From positions 11,282-75,281 of the forward strand of contig JBAYHW010000001.1 in assembly GCA_041665925.1 (NCBI GenBank): a DNA stretch of 64,000 nucleotides, read 5' to 3'. The stretch's first letter is position 1, and each line of letters begins with the position of its first letter. Below, piece after piece: positions 17,530-26,411 of the stretch. The translations under genes were made by a program, and so were the position numbers. This stretch comes from Minisyncoccota bacterium (GTDB lineage Bacteria; Patescibacteriota; Minisyncoccia; Phycocordibacterales; UBA9973). The notes below the pieces were generated by a model. It was not told the origin of the DNA. It did no database searches and saw nothing but the letters and a program-made list of their open reading frames with translations.

Positions 17530-17626
17530 GAAACCCCCTTCTTTCGTTTAGATCCGATTACTTACAGATCCGCTAAAACTATGCCACTTTTGGAAAATAA
17601 AGCAATAGAGTATGGGGAAAACAAAA

Positions 17627-17644
17627 AGCCCCCCTGCGGGGACT
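17627..17644. terminator. bidirectional intrinsic terminator (AAAAGCCCCCC-TGC-GGGGACTTTTTT) 20 nt after the rplB stop
   Basis: GC hairpin flanked by an A-run and T-run. Confidence 0.6.
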
Positions 17645-17665
17645 TTTTTAATTTTATTTATTTCT

Positions 17666-18505
17666 CTATTTGTTTTTTCCGGTCTTTCTGCGAGAGACGA
17701 TGAAGACGTTTGAATATTTCTTTGGTCCGCGAGTCTTTCTTCCACCTGTAACTTTACCCCACATAGTCTTCGGCCTCTTGGTTCCGCGTCCTTGTCTGCC
17801 TTCACCTCCTCCGTATGGATGGTCTACTGGGTTCATCGCTGTTCCGCGGACAGTCGGACGGATTCCTTTCCAGCGTGAACGTCCGGCCTTACCATAATTT
17901 TCCAAATGATGTTCTTCGTTTGATACAGTGCCGACAGATGCCCAGCAGTTTTCATTTATTTTACGAACTTCAGTAGAAGGCATTTTAAGGTTGGTGTATC
18001 CGTCAGCATTAGCCACTACTTGAGCAAATATTCCAGCTGAGCGCCCAATCTTCGCTCCGCCCATAGGCTTGATTTCAACGTTATAAACAAACGTTCCCAC
18101 AGGAATATTCTTTAATGGTAGTCTGTTACCTGCTGTAAGTGGAGCCTTTTCTGAAACTACAAATGAGTCCCCCATTTTTATAGATTTAGGAATGACTACA
18201 TACCTCTTCTCTCCATCCTTATATACAGCAAGTCCGATAAATGCACTTCGGTTTGGATCATATTCCACGGATTTTATTTTTGCAGGAATATCTTTTTTAT
18301 TATATAAAAAGTCCACATCTCGGTAAAGCCGTTTGTGCCCGGAGCCTTTGTGGCGCATAGTGATACGCCCAGCACTGTTTCTGCCGACAGAACGTCTAAA
18401 GCCATGAGTCAGAGACTTGGTCGGCGTAGATGTCGTGATGACTCCCCTGTAGCTCACATTGGTCATCTGTCTTCGTGATTTACTTGTAGGTTTATATGTT
18501 TTCAT
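17666..18505 (-). CDS. rplB: 50S ribosomal protein L2
   Basis: L2 sequence. Confidence 0.9.
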   Translation of the reverse strand: MKTYKPTSKSRRQMTNVSYRGVITTSTPTKSLTHGFRRSVGRNSAGRITMRHKGSGHKRLYRDVDFLYNKKDIPAKIKSVEYDPNRSAFIGLAVYKDGEKRYVVIPKSIKMGDSFVVSEKAPLTAGNRLPLKNIPVGTFVYNVEIKPMGGAKIGRSAGIFAQVVANADGYTNLKMPSTEVRKINENCWASVGTVSNEEHHLENYGKAGRSRWKGIRPTVRGTAMNPVDHPYGGGEGRQGRGTKRPKTMWGKVTGGRKTRGPKKYSNVFIVSRRKTGKNK

Positions 18506-18538
18506 GATTGATTTTTATATAAATTCTATATCTAGTGC

Positions 18539-18814
18539 CTAAATGAACTCTATCTTATCGCCTGGTTTTAGATATACTAATGCCTTTCTGCCACCGCCTC
18601 GTACTCCTTCCTTGCTTCTGCCCTGCATGACTGTCTTCCTTGGAATAGCTAAGACATTCACCTTTACTGGTTTAACTTTATAAAGAGCAAAAATGGCTTT
18701 CTTGATTTCAGTCTTGTTCGCTCCGTCGGTAATATCAAAAGTGTAAACATTCTGCTCAGCTGAAAAGGATGCTTTCTCTGTGACTCTTGGATTTTTAATA
18801 ATTTGCATACTCAT
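18539..18814 (-). CDS. rplW: 50S ribosomal protein L23
   Basis: L23 sequence. Confidence 0.85.
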   Translation of the reverse strand: MSMQIIKNPRVTEKASFSAEQNVYTFDITDGANKTEIKKAIFALYKVKPVKVNVLAIPRKTVMQGRSKEGVRGGGRKALVYLKPGDKIEFI

Positions 18815-18826
18815 AAAATATTTTAA

Positions 18827-19486
18827 TTAACCTCGTGACTCTAAAAATTTTACTGCTTCTGTCGGATTTTCTATTAAAAGATACTTGTGATTAAGCACAT
18901 CCATCGGGTTTAAATTCTTCAAGAAAACTATCTCAATCTGAGACAAATTTCTAAAGCTCTTTTCTGCCTTTTCGCCTCTTTCAAAGAGTGCTGTAAGAAT
19001 TCTTGGTTTGGTTGTTTTGGATAATACTTTAAATGAACCAGCTTTGATTAAATTGTTTAAAACTTCTTCAGCCTTTTTTGTCTTTATGTCTGCTAAAGCG
19101 AGAGAATCAACGAAAAGGATTTCCTCATCTTTCAACTTTTTAGACAAAACAGAGAAAAGAGCTTGTGCACGCATTTTCTTTGAAATTTTTCTCTTATAGT
19201 TCTTTTCTGCAAGTGGTCCATGAGTCACACCTCCACCAACCCAGATAGGGCTTCTAGAAGATCCATGACGAGCACGGCCTGTACCCTTTTGCTTCCAAGG
19301 CTTCTTACCTCCCCCGCGGACTTCACCTCGGCCTTTCGTATCTGCTGTTCCAGCACGCTTATTTGAGCGCATACTTTCTACGACTTGATGTACTAAGTCT
19401 GCGCGCCATTTCATGCCGAAAACTTTCTCTGGAAGAGTTATGGTGCCCGCAGATGTTCCTTTTTGATTGTAAATTTTTGTTTCCAT
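18827..19486 (-). CDS. rplD: 50S ribosomal protein L4
   Basis: L4 sequence. Confidence 0.85.
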   Translation of the reverse strand: METKIYNQKGTSAGTITLPEKVFGMKWRADLVHQVVESMRSNKRAGTADTKGRGEVRGGGKKPWKQKGTGRARHGSSRSPIWVGGGVTHGPLAEKNYKRKISKKMRAQALFSVLSKKLKDEEILFVDSLALADIKTKKAEEVLNNLIKAGSFKVLSKTTKPRILTALFERGEKAEKSFRNLSQIEIVFLKNLNPMDVLNHKYLLIENPTEAVKFLESRG

Positions 19487-19498
19487 ATTATCTCAAAA

Positions 19499-20113
19499 TT
19501 ATCTACTGACTATTTCCACTAAAGTTCCTTTTCGGCCGGCTATTGCTCCTTTGATAAGCATCAAGTTGTTTTCTTTATCTATGAAAACTACTTTTAAGTT
19601 TTTCTGGGTAATTTTATTAGAACCCATTCTACCTGCCATTCTCATTCCTTTCGGCACGTGAGTACGAAGTCCTCCACCGATACTTCCCGGTTCACGCTCA
19701 GAATGCTTCTGACCGTGAGTACGTGGACCGCCGTGAAAACCGTGTCTCTTCACAACACCTTGGAAACCTTTACCCTTGGAAACACTAGTAACCATTATTT
19801 TGTCGCCAGAAGCAAATGTGGACACATCTATCACATCTCCTTCTTTGACTTCACTCTTATCAGCTGGTTTTAATCTGAATTCTTTAAGAGTTTTATAGAA
19901 AGCGCCTTTCATAGCTCCAGCAGCTCCCTTAGTAACTCTTTCTTTTTTCTGTAGACCATATCCTACTTGCACAGAATCATACCCGTCTTTCTCTTTGGAG
20001 AAGATGCGGGTAACGGTACTTGGGGTGACAGAAACTATAGTCACCGGAGTGACCACGCCGTCTTCGGAAAAATACTCCGCCATATTTTCTTTTGTGCCAA
20101 GGATAAATTTCAT
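19499..20113 (-). CDS. rplC: 50S ribosomal protein L3
   Basis: L3 sequence. Confidence 0.9.
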   Translation of the reverse strand: MKFILGTKENMAEYFSEDGVVTPVTIVSVTPSTVTRIFSKEKDGYDSVQVGYGLQKKERVTKGAAGAMKGAFYKTLKEFRLKPADKSEVKEGDVIDVSTFASGDKIMVTSVSKGKGFQGVVKRHGFHGGPRTHGQKHSEREPGSIGGGLRTHVPKGMRMAGRMGSNKITQKNLKVVFIDKENNLMLIKGAIAGRKGTLVEIVSR

Positions 20114-20117
20114 ATTG

Positions 20118-20543
20118 TTACATCATCTTAACGTCAATATCTACTCCGGAAGGCAAGGTCAAATTCGTCAGAGCCTCCACGGTCTTTGCGTTTGGATTTA
20201 TAATATCAATCAGTCTTTTGTGTACTCTTATTTCAAATTGTTCTCGTGTGTTTTTGTAAATAAAAGCAGAACGATTGACTGTGTATTTTTTTATTTCAGT
20301 TGGAAGAGGTACAGGACCTACGATAACTGCATCGTACCGCATTGCGGTGTCCATAATTTGCTTAACAGAGGCATCCAAGATCTTGCTCTCGTAAGCACGA
20401 ACTCGAATACGTAATATAACCTTACCTTCAGCCCCACCTGCGCGAGTAGACTTATCTGTCTTCACTGAAGATTTAGCTTTTGGTGTTTTAGCTTTTGCTG
20501 TAACAGCTTTAGGCTTTTTTATTTTTGTCTCTGTTGTTGTCAT
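20118..20543 (-). CDS. rpsJ: 30S ribosomal protein S10 with ~40-aa Lys/Ala-rich N-terminal extension
   Basis: 'KVILRIRVRAYESKILDASVKQI...GPVPLPTE'. Confidence 0.85.
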   Translation of the reverse strand: MTTTETKIKKPKAVTAKAKTPKAKSSVKTDKSTRAGGAEGKVILRIRVRAYESKILDASVKQIMDTAMRYDAVIVGPVPLPTEIKKYTVNRSAFIYKNTREQFEIRVHKRLIDIINPNAKTVEALTNLTLPSGVDIDVKMM

Positions 20544-20565
20544 GGAACTAAAATTTTTAACTTAA

Positions 20566-21759
20566 TTACCCTAATATCTTTGTAACAACTCCGGCGCCGA
20601 CAGTCTTGCCTCCTTCGCGGATGGCAAATCTTTGAGATTCTTCAAGCGCGACTGGGGTAACTAATTTAACTGTAATCTTTACTGTGTCTCCTGGCATAAC
20701 CATTTCTGTCCCTTCAGCGAGAGTAACATCTCCAGTCACATCCGTAGTTCGGATATAGAACTGAGGCTTGTAACCCTTGAAGAATGGAGTGTGGCGTCCG
20801 CCTTCCTCTTTCTTCAAAACATAAATTTCAGCTGTAAAGTTGTCGTGAGGAGTAACTGTTCCTGGCTTTGAGAGCACTTGTCCGCGAGTAATGTCTTCTT
20901 TCTTAAGACCACGAAGAAGAATACCAGCGTTATCGCCAGCCATACCTTCTTGGAGGTTTTTGTTGAACATTTCGATTCCAGTAACTGTAGATTTCTGAGT
21001 AGGCTTGATTCCGACGATTTCTACGTCTTCACCAACTTTAACTACTCCTCTTTCTATTTTACCAGTAACCACTGTTCCTCGGCCTTCAATTGAGAATATA
21101 TCTTCAACGGGCATAAGGAAAGGCTTAGTAACATCACGTTCTGGGACTGGGATATAAGTATCAAGAGCATTTACAAGCTCCATAACTTTCTTCGCCCATT
21201 CATCGTCAGAAGACTTAGCTTCAAGAGCTTTAAGAGCAGAACCACGGATAACCGGAGCACCTGCGCCATCAAAGCCTTGTTTGGTTAGAAGTTCACGTAT
21301 TTCTTCTTCCACAAGGTCAATCATGTCTTTATCATCAACCATATCGCACTTGTTTAAGAAAACGATAATCTTTGGAACACCAACTTGTTTTGCAAGCAAA
21401 ACGTGTTCACGAGTCTGTGGCATTGCTCCATCTGTAGCAGCAACCACAAGCACAGCACCGTCCATCTGAGCGGCACCAGTAATCATGTTTTTGATGTAGT
21501 CAGCGTGTCCAGGAGCATCGATGTGCGCGTAGTGGCGAGCATCTGTAGCGTATTCGTTGTGAGAAATGTTAATAGTGATTCCACGAGCTTTTTCTTCAGG
21601 AGCGTTGTCGATTTGATCAACACCTCGAAGACGAACTGTCTTACCAGCCATATTTAACACGTGCAAAATTGCCGCGGTTAGTGTGGTCTTTCCGTGGTCA
21701 ACGTGACCAATTGTGCCGACATTAATGTGCGGCTTATCTCTCTTAAATTCTTCTGCCAT
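20566..21759 (-). CDS. tuf: elongation factor Tu
   Basis: '[14 protein letters not shown]', 'DAPGHADY', NKCD. Confidence 0.95.
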   Translation of the reverse strand: MAEEFKRDKPHINVGTIGHVDHGKTTLTAAILHVLNMAGKTVRLRGVDQIDNAPEEKARGITINISHNEYATDARHYAHIDAPGHADYIKNMITGAAQMDGAVLVVAATDGAMPQTREHVLLAKQVGVPKIIVFLNKCDMVDDKDMIDLVEEEIRELLTKQGFDGAGAPVIRGSALKALEAKSSDDEWAKKVMELVNALDTYIPVPERDVTKPFLMPVEDIFSIEGRGTVVTGKIERGVVKVGEDVEIVGIKPTQKSTVTGIEMFNKNLQEGMAGDNAGILLRGLKKEDITRGQVLSKPGTVTPHDNFTAEIYVLKKEEGGRHTPFFKGYKPQFYIRTTDVTGDVTLAEGTEMVMPGDTVKITVKLVTPVALEESQRFAIREGGKTVGAGVVTKILG

Positions 21760-21865
21760 ATTTTTATTGATTAATAACCAAAACTCAGCATACGAGAACC
21801 AGTTGCTAAGGCTTAATTACTAACTAAATTACCTATTAATAATTGATAAATCAAAACAAAAACTG

Positions 21866-21889
21866 CAGAAAGTGCAGTTATTTAGATAA
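21866..21889. terminator. bidirectional terminator hairpin (AACTGCA-GAAAG-TGCAGTT)
   Basis: 7-bp stem, A-run upstream and T-run downstream. Confidence 0.45.
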
Positions 21890-21921
21890 TAGCAGATTCT
21901 AAACCATTGTCAAATAGAGTC

Positions 21922-22332
21922 TTAACGTTGACCTGCCTTATCTTTTTCAATCATTTCTTGAATGATATCTTCTATACTTCCTAGGGATTCCATCTTTTCT
22001 AAATACCTACTATTGTCCGATGCTTCAACCCTTTTTTGTAGGTTATCATCTCCGGCCCCAGACCATAAAACAAAAGGTGTATTTATAGAGTTAGCTCGAG
22101 TACCTTCAAGTACTTCTATTCCGTCCATTAAAGGCATATTGTTGTCGGAAAGAATAAGGTCAAATCTTTCTTTACTAAGAATTCTGTCGAGCAAATCTTT
22201 TCCATTGATTGCAGTTTCTACTTCATAAACCTCACTTAACATTGCAGCAACAGCCGTCAAAACACCTTCATCGTCATCCGCTAAAAGAATTTTTTTCTTG
22301 GGACCTCTCTCTATTTTTGAATTAAATTCCAT
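21922..22332 (-). CDS. stand-alone response-regulator receiver (CheY-like) domain protein
   Basis: 'ILLADDDEG...DLILSDNNMPLMDG' phospho-acceptor Asp context. Confidence 0.7.
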   Translation of the reverse strand: MEFNSKIERGPKKKILLADDDEGVLTAVAAMLSEVYEVETAINGKDLLDRILSKERFDLILSDNNMPLMDGIEVLEGTRANSINTPFVLWSGAGDDNLQKRVEASDNSRYLEKMESLGSIEDIIQEMIEKDKAGQR

Positions 22333-22382
22333 AAAAACAGCATATCACCTTTTAGTTAATTTCCTAATTTCTTCGCAAGGTT

Positions 22383-23918
22383 TTATTTTTTATTTTTCTT
22401 GCGTTCATGGGCACGACGTTCGCTTCTAGTCATATTTCGCAACTTTGCTTCTTCGGTGGCAACTTTTTTCTTGCGACGACGGAGGGCTTCGATTGCAAGC
22501 ATGGCTCCCCCAGCCACCACCCCAGGAACCCCTATTTTTAATATTGAATTTAATTTATCTTTTGGGGCATGGATAGATCCATACAATTCCTCTTCCGTTG
22601 CGTTAACAAAATCTTTCTGCGGGTTAGTGTTATGTAAAGCTATTATTTTGTCACATAAATCTGAGAGTAAATCCGGTCGATCGAGTAATTTATCAATCTG
22701 AGACAAAATTTGGTTAAATGTGTTTACAGAACCTACGGAAATTTCTATTCCGTAACTTTCGGGATTTTGGGAAATAATCCCCACCATGTGTCCGACAATC
22801 CATTTATAAAAATTGTTAATATGAATTTTATTACCAACCTCAATTCGCATATTGGCAAGAATACGGAAAAGCGATAATTTTTTATTAGGAGCGTACTTCA
22901 AGTCCCCCAGAACAGCATAAATTTCTTCGTTCGCAAGCCTATTATTCTGGTAGTTGTCATGTTCCGAAGCATTAGTTGTCCTTTTTAAAATTCTGAGTTT
23001 AGAATAATTGCCATGCGAAAGATCAAAAAGGTGCCTTGTTTCATGAGCCAAAATCTCAGCTCTAAACTCTTCTATGGTAGGTGGCGCTTCCATCCTTTCC
23101 ACAACTCCGACAAGAGCAACCTCTATAGCATCGTAGGAACTATTCGACCGCTCCAAGTCACCTTGGGTTATGTTTTTAATTCCTTCTTTTTTGTTTCCAG
23201 ACTGCCGAATCGCAGAAATCAAAGAAACTAGCCGTCCGGACAGTAACTCCTCAAATTCCTTTTTTATTCCAGGTTCATAGATAAGAATGTTACCGTTTTG
23301 ATTGGCGGCATTAGGTATGGAATTCTCTATTGCAGTAGATTGTCGGTCTAGATTAAGTGGACCTCGTACATAAACAATTCTACGTGATATCTTTTCGCCC
23401 CATTGATTTACTTCATCGTTCTCAACTTTTTCCACAGAAAGAAAATGTGAGATAATTTCCGTTTTGGTAAAATTGCCAGATTGCGGATCTTTGGTATACC
23501 AAAAATCTTGCATGCAAAGAATGGCATAAGGTTCTAGATAGTGTGATATTTTGGTGATAAAGACTTTATAAAAACTATCTTCCGAAAACTCAGTAAGCGA
23601 AGGGTCAATTTTTTTCAATTGTTCCCAGATTTGTATTTTTGCTTGATACAACTGATCAATGTGGCTTCCAAAAGAAGCGTGATACGTTCTTACCGCCCTG
23701 AGAAAATCTTCTATTTCAGGGGTAATGGGTTTGGGAGTTTCAGGATACTTTATTATCACCCTGTCCACAGATTCAAACATATAACCTATTAAATAATTAT
23801 CTGGTATCTTTACTGCTTCCTTGGACTCTTTGTCTTTTTGTATTTGAGGTTTGGATTCTACTCCCATAAAATTATTCTTTATATTTTCTAATCTCTTCGC
23901 AAAGTTTTTGCGCTTCAA
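22383..23918 (-). CDS. hypothetical protein with HExxH motif ('LAHETRHLFD') and C-terminal TM anchor plus basic tail; start probably at Met18 (23867)
   Basis: motif read from translation; no family recognised. Confidence 0.3.
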   Translation of the reverse strand: MKRKNFAKRLENIKNNFMGVESKPQIQKDKESKEAVKIPDNYLIGYMFESVDRVIIKYPETPKPITPEIEDFLRAVRTYHASFGSHIDQLYQAKIQIWEQLKKIDPSLTEFSEDSFYKVFITKISHYLEPYAILCMQDFWYTKDPQSGNFTKTEIISHFLSVEKVENDEVNQWGEKISRRIVYVRGPLNLDRQSTAIENSIPNAANQNGNILIYEPGIKKEFEELLSGRLVSLISAIRQSGNKKEGIKNITQGDLERSNSSYDAIEVALVGVVERMEAPPTIEEFRAEILAHETRHLFDLSHGNYSKLRILKRTTNASEHDNYQNNRLANEEIYAVLGDLKYAPNKKLSLFRILANMRIEVGNKIHINNFYKWIVGHMVGIISQNPESYGIEISVGSVNTFNQILSQIDKLLDRPDLLSDLCDKIIALHNTNPQKDFVNATEEELYGSIHAPKDKLNSILKIGVPGVVAGGAMLAIEALRRRKKKVATEEAKLRNMTRSERRAHERKKNKK

Positions 23919-24669
23919 GTTTTGGATTTTCGGAAAAAATTATCCCGCGAGAAGAATTGATGATAAGACCGAGACCTTCGCTGTTTAAGCCTGATTTCAT
24001 AACTGCTTCCAAATCCCCCCCCTGTGCGCCGATACCGGGCACAAGAAAAGTCATATCGCCTGTAATTTTTCTGATTTTCTTCATCTCTTCGGGATAAGTC
24101 CCACCGACGACGAGCATGCAGTTATTGTTTTTATTCCAAACTTCACTTACTCGTTCCGCCACAATTTGCCAAATTGGTTTTCCTTCAACTTCTAAATCCT
24201 GAAGCTCGCTCGCCCCCATATTAGAAGTGCGACAGAGAATAATAGAACCCTTATCTTTTCTCTCTAAAAAAGGATCAAGTGCTTCTTCGCCTAAATATGG
24301 ATGTAGAGTTATAGCATCAAAACCGAGCCAATCAAAAGCAGAAGTGACATAGCCATTATTTGTATTCCCAATATCCGCCCGCTTCGCATCAAGTATCGTA
24401 AAAATATCCGGATAACTTTTAATGATATGGTCCATAGTCATTTTTAATTCTTTTATTCCCTTGTCTCCTCTTGCCTCATAAAAAGCGCTGTTTAATTTAA
24501 AAGATGCTGAATATTCGTGCGTTTCTTCTATGACCCACTTATTAAACTCAAATTGTGGATGTTCTAATTCTTTAAATCTTCCGGGAATTTTTTCAAAATC
24601 AGAATCTAACCCTACGCAAAGTAGTGAATTTATTTTTTTAGCTCTTTGGTTGTATTTTTCTATCATCAT
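23872..24669 (-). CDS. pyrF: orotidine 5'-phosphate decarboxylase, type 2
   Basis: 'LLCVGLDSDFEKIP' type-2 PyrF N-terminus. Confidence 0.65.
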   Translation of the reverse strand: MMIEKYNQRAKKINSLLCVGLDSDFEKIPGRFKELEHPQFEFNKWVIEETHEYSASFKLNSAFYEARGDKGIKELKMTMDHIIKSYPDIFTILDAKRADIGNTNNGYVTSAFDWLGFDAITLHPYLGEEALDPFLERKDKGSIILCRTSNMGASELQDLEVEGKPIWQIVAERVSEVWNKNNNCMLVVGGTYPEEMKKIRKITGDMTFLVPGIGAQGGDLEAVMKSGLNSEGLGLIINSSRGIIFSENPKLEAQKLCEEIRKYKE

Positions 24670-25283
24670 CTATTTTCTAAAAATTTCTTCCCGTGACCAA
24701 ACTGTGTATTTATGGGCGCATTATTTTTACACATTGGGCAATCTTTCTCGTCATAAGTTTCAACTTCTAGCTCTCCGAGAGAATTGAACGGCACTCCAAA
24801 CAATTCACTGTTTACAACTTTTGGAGATTTATTAACCATTACAGACACAGCTAGAACATTTCCTCCAGCTTTCTTAACGCTTGTGATTACTTTTTGCACT
24901 GAGCCTCCGGTAGTCACCAAATCTTCCAATATTAAAACATTTTTACCGTTTACGTATTTATCATATCCCCTCGTAAAGACTTGATCTCCTTCAGGGGTTT
25001 TCTCAGTAAAAATTGCTAAAATTTCTTTCCCTTTTACTTTCGAAAGAGCATACGCTGTACCTTGCGCTAGAATAATCCCCCCGAGGGCCGGCGCCGCAAC
25101 AATGTCTACTTCTAAATCTTTATTTTTCTCGGCAAACATTTGGCAAACTTTCTCCACCTCAAGCGGGTGTGGAAATAATGCATCTTTAGTGATGTAAGTA
25201 TCGATGTGCTTCCCAGAAACACCAACAAAATGACTATCTGGTAAGATAGCCCCGACTTTTTTTAACATAGAAAGAATATCCAT
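24666..25283 (-). CDS. pyrE: orotate phosphoribosyltransferase
   Basis: PRTase motif 'VLILEDLVTTGGS'. Confidence 0.7.
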   Translation of the reverse strand: MDILSMLKKVGAILPDSHFVGVSGKHIDTYITKDALFPHPLEVEKVCQMFAEKNKDLEVDIVAAPALGGIILAQGTAYALSKVKGKEILAIFTEKTPEGDQVFTRGYDKYVNGKNVLILEDLVTTGGSVQKVITSVKKAGGNVLAVSVMVNKSPKVVNSELFGVPFNSLGELEVETYDEKDCPMCKNNAPINTQFGHGKKFLENR

Positions 25284-25287
25284 AATG

Positions 25288-26370
25288 TTATTCTAGCCTT
25301 TCTTTTGTCTCTTTAGCAAGATAAGGGTTCCACATGGCGCCCGTGGCTGACATCACAAAATCTGCCCCTGTTTTCTGATATTCCAAGAAATCATCTGCGG
25401 TAATTACACCTCCAACACCAATGATTTTAAAATCTGCGTCTATTTCTGTTCTCGCTTTCTTTAATTTCGTCACCATTTCGAGTCCTGCCCATTTGATAGA
25501 TGCTCCGCAAACTCCGGATTTAATTCTATTCGGCCCAGGTAAGGCTTGGTGCCCTTCTTTATCTACTATCTCTGCAGGAATAGTATTGATTGCCGAAACA
25601 GCCTGTGCATATTTTCCTGCAATTTCTGCGAGCTTTTTAACATCTTCATAATTTTTATAGTAGCCAACTTTTAAAATAAGTGGAGTGCCCCCTATTTCTT
25701 TTCTTATCGCCTCACAAACTTTTTCCGTCATATCTAAGTTATAACAAACGAGGCCTTCGTTGCCGATATTTGGACAAGATAAATTTGTTTCTAGAATTTT
25801 TACGCCTGTTTCTTTTGCTTGTCTCGCAGCCAATGCATAATCGGCAATAAATTCTTCTGCTGTTTGCCCTTCTCTCACGGTACCCATAAATCCTAAAACT
25901 AAAACTTGCCCCGGCTCTGCATAAGTCACTGCTTTTCGCACATCTTCTTGCCAAAGTTTTGCATCTCTTGAAGGCACACCGAAAGAATTAGTAATAGAAA
26001 TTGGCTCAGAATAATTTCTGTCTGCAATTAATTTACCCGATGCTTTTTCTAAAGTCAGATCACCCTCTATTTTTACAGAAAGAACATTTGGAAATGGATG
26101 ACATGGATACACCCCCGAGCGCACTGTTTTATATACACAAATATCAAAACCTTTATCGAATGCTCCTTTGCAAAAATTAGAATTAATTAATGGCCCCGAA
26201 GGAATTCCAAAAGGCGAATTTACTTTCACTCCCAGAAAATCATATTGCGGCTCCTTCGGTACGCCAGAGCCTTCTGCGCAGGCGACACCATCTGAAAAAG
26301 CTCCAAAGGGCCCTTCTTTAAAGTTGTCCTCATATGATTTTTCCGGGTCATAAAAAGGAGTTTGCAGCAT
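25288..26370 (-). CDS. pyrD: dihydroorotate dehydrogenase-family flavoenzyme (PyrD/PreA-like TIM barrel)
   Basis: 'IIGVGGVITADDFLEYQKTGADFV'; neighbours pyrE and pyrF. Confidence 0.55.
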   Translation of the reverse strand: MLQTPFYDPEKSYEDNFKEGPFGAFSDGVACAEGSGVPKEPQYDFLGVKVNSPFGIPSGPLINSNFCKGAFDKGFDICVYKTVRSGVYPCHPFPNVLSVKIEGDLTLEKASGKLIADRNYSEPISITNSFGVPSRDAKLWQEDVRKAVTYAEPGQVLVLGFMGTVREGQTAEEFIADYALAARQAKETGVKILETNLSCPNIGNEGLVCYNLDMTEKVCEAIRKEIGGTPLILKVGYYKNYEDVKKLAEIAGKYAQAVSAINTIPAEIVDKEGHQALPGPNRIKSGVCGASIKWAGLEMVTKLKKARTEIDADFKIIGVGGVITADDFLEYQKTGADFVMSATGAMWNPYLAKETKERLE

Positions 26371-26390
26371 ATTGATATATTAACAAAAAA

Positions 26391-26406
26391 CTGCCCTTTT
26401 GGGCAG
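26391..26406. terminator. intrinsic terminator (ctgccc-tttt-gggcag) after fusA
   Basis: GC hairpin with flanking A/T runs. Confidence 0.6.
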
Positions 26407-26411
26407 TTTTT

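Noticed and set aside
17270-17660. GC-rich island as RNase P RNA, SRP RNA, tmRNA or 6S RNA
   Set aside because: I looked for hallmark motifs (RNase P 'AGGAAAGTCC', 'ACAGAAA', SRP 'GGAAGGAAGCAGC', tmRNA tRNA-like 3' end) on both strands and found none. A covariance search would still be needed to exclude a divergent RNA.
17251-17703. Plus-strand 150-aa ORF spanning the GC-rich island
   Set aside because: It starts in AT-rich sequence and runs through two terminator hairpins and the rplB terminator. It lies antisense to the operon, and its composition is explained by the island itself.
21281-21657. Plus-strand ORFs inside tuf, and similar ones inside fusA (26482..27978) and secY
   Set aside because: Antisense shadows of highly conserved genes.
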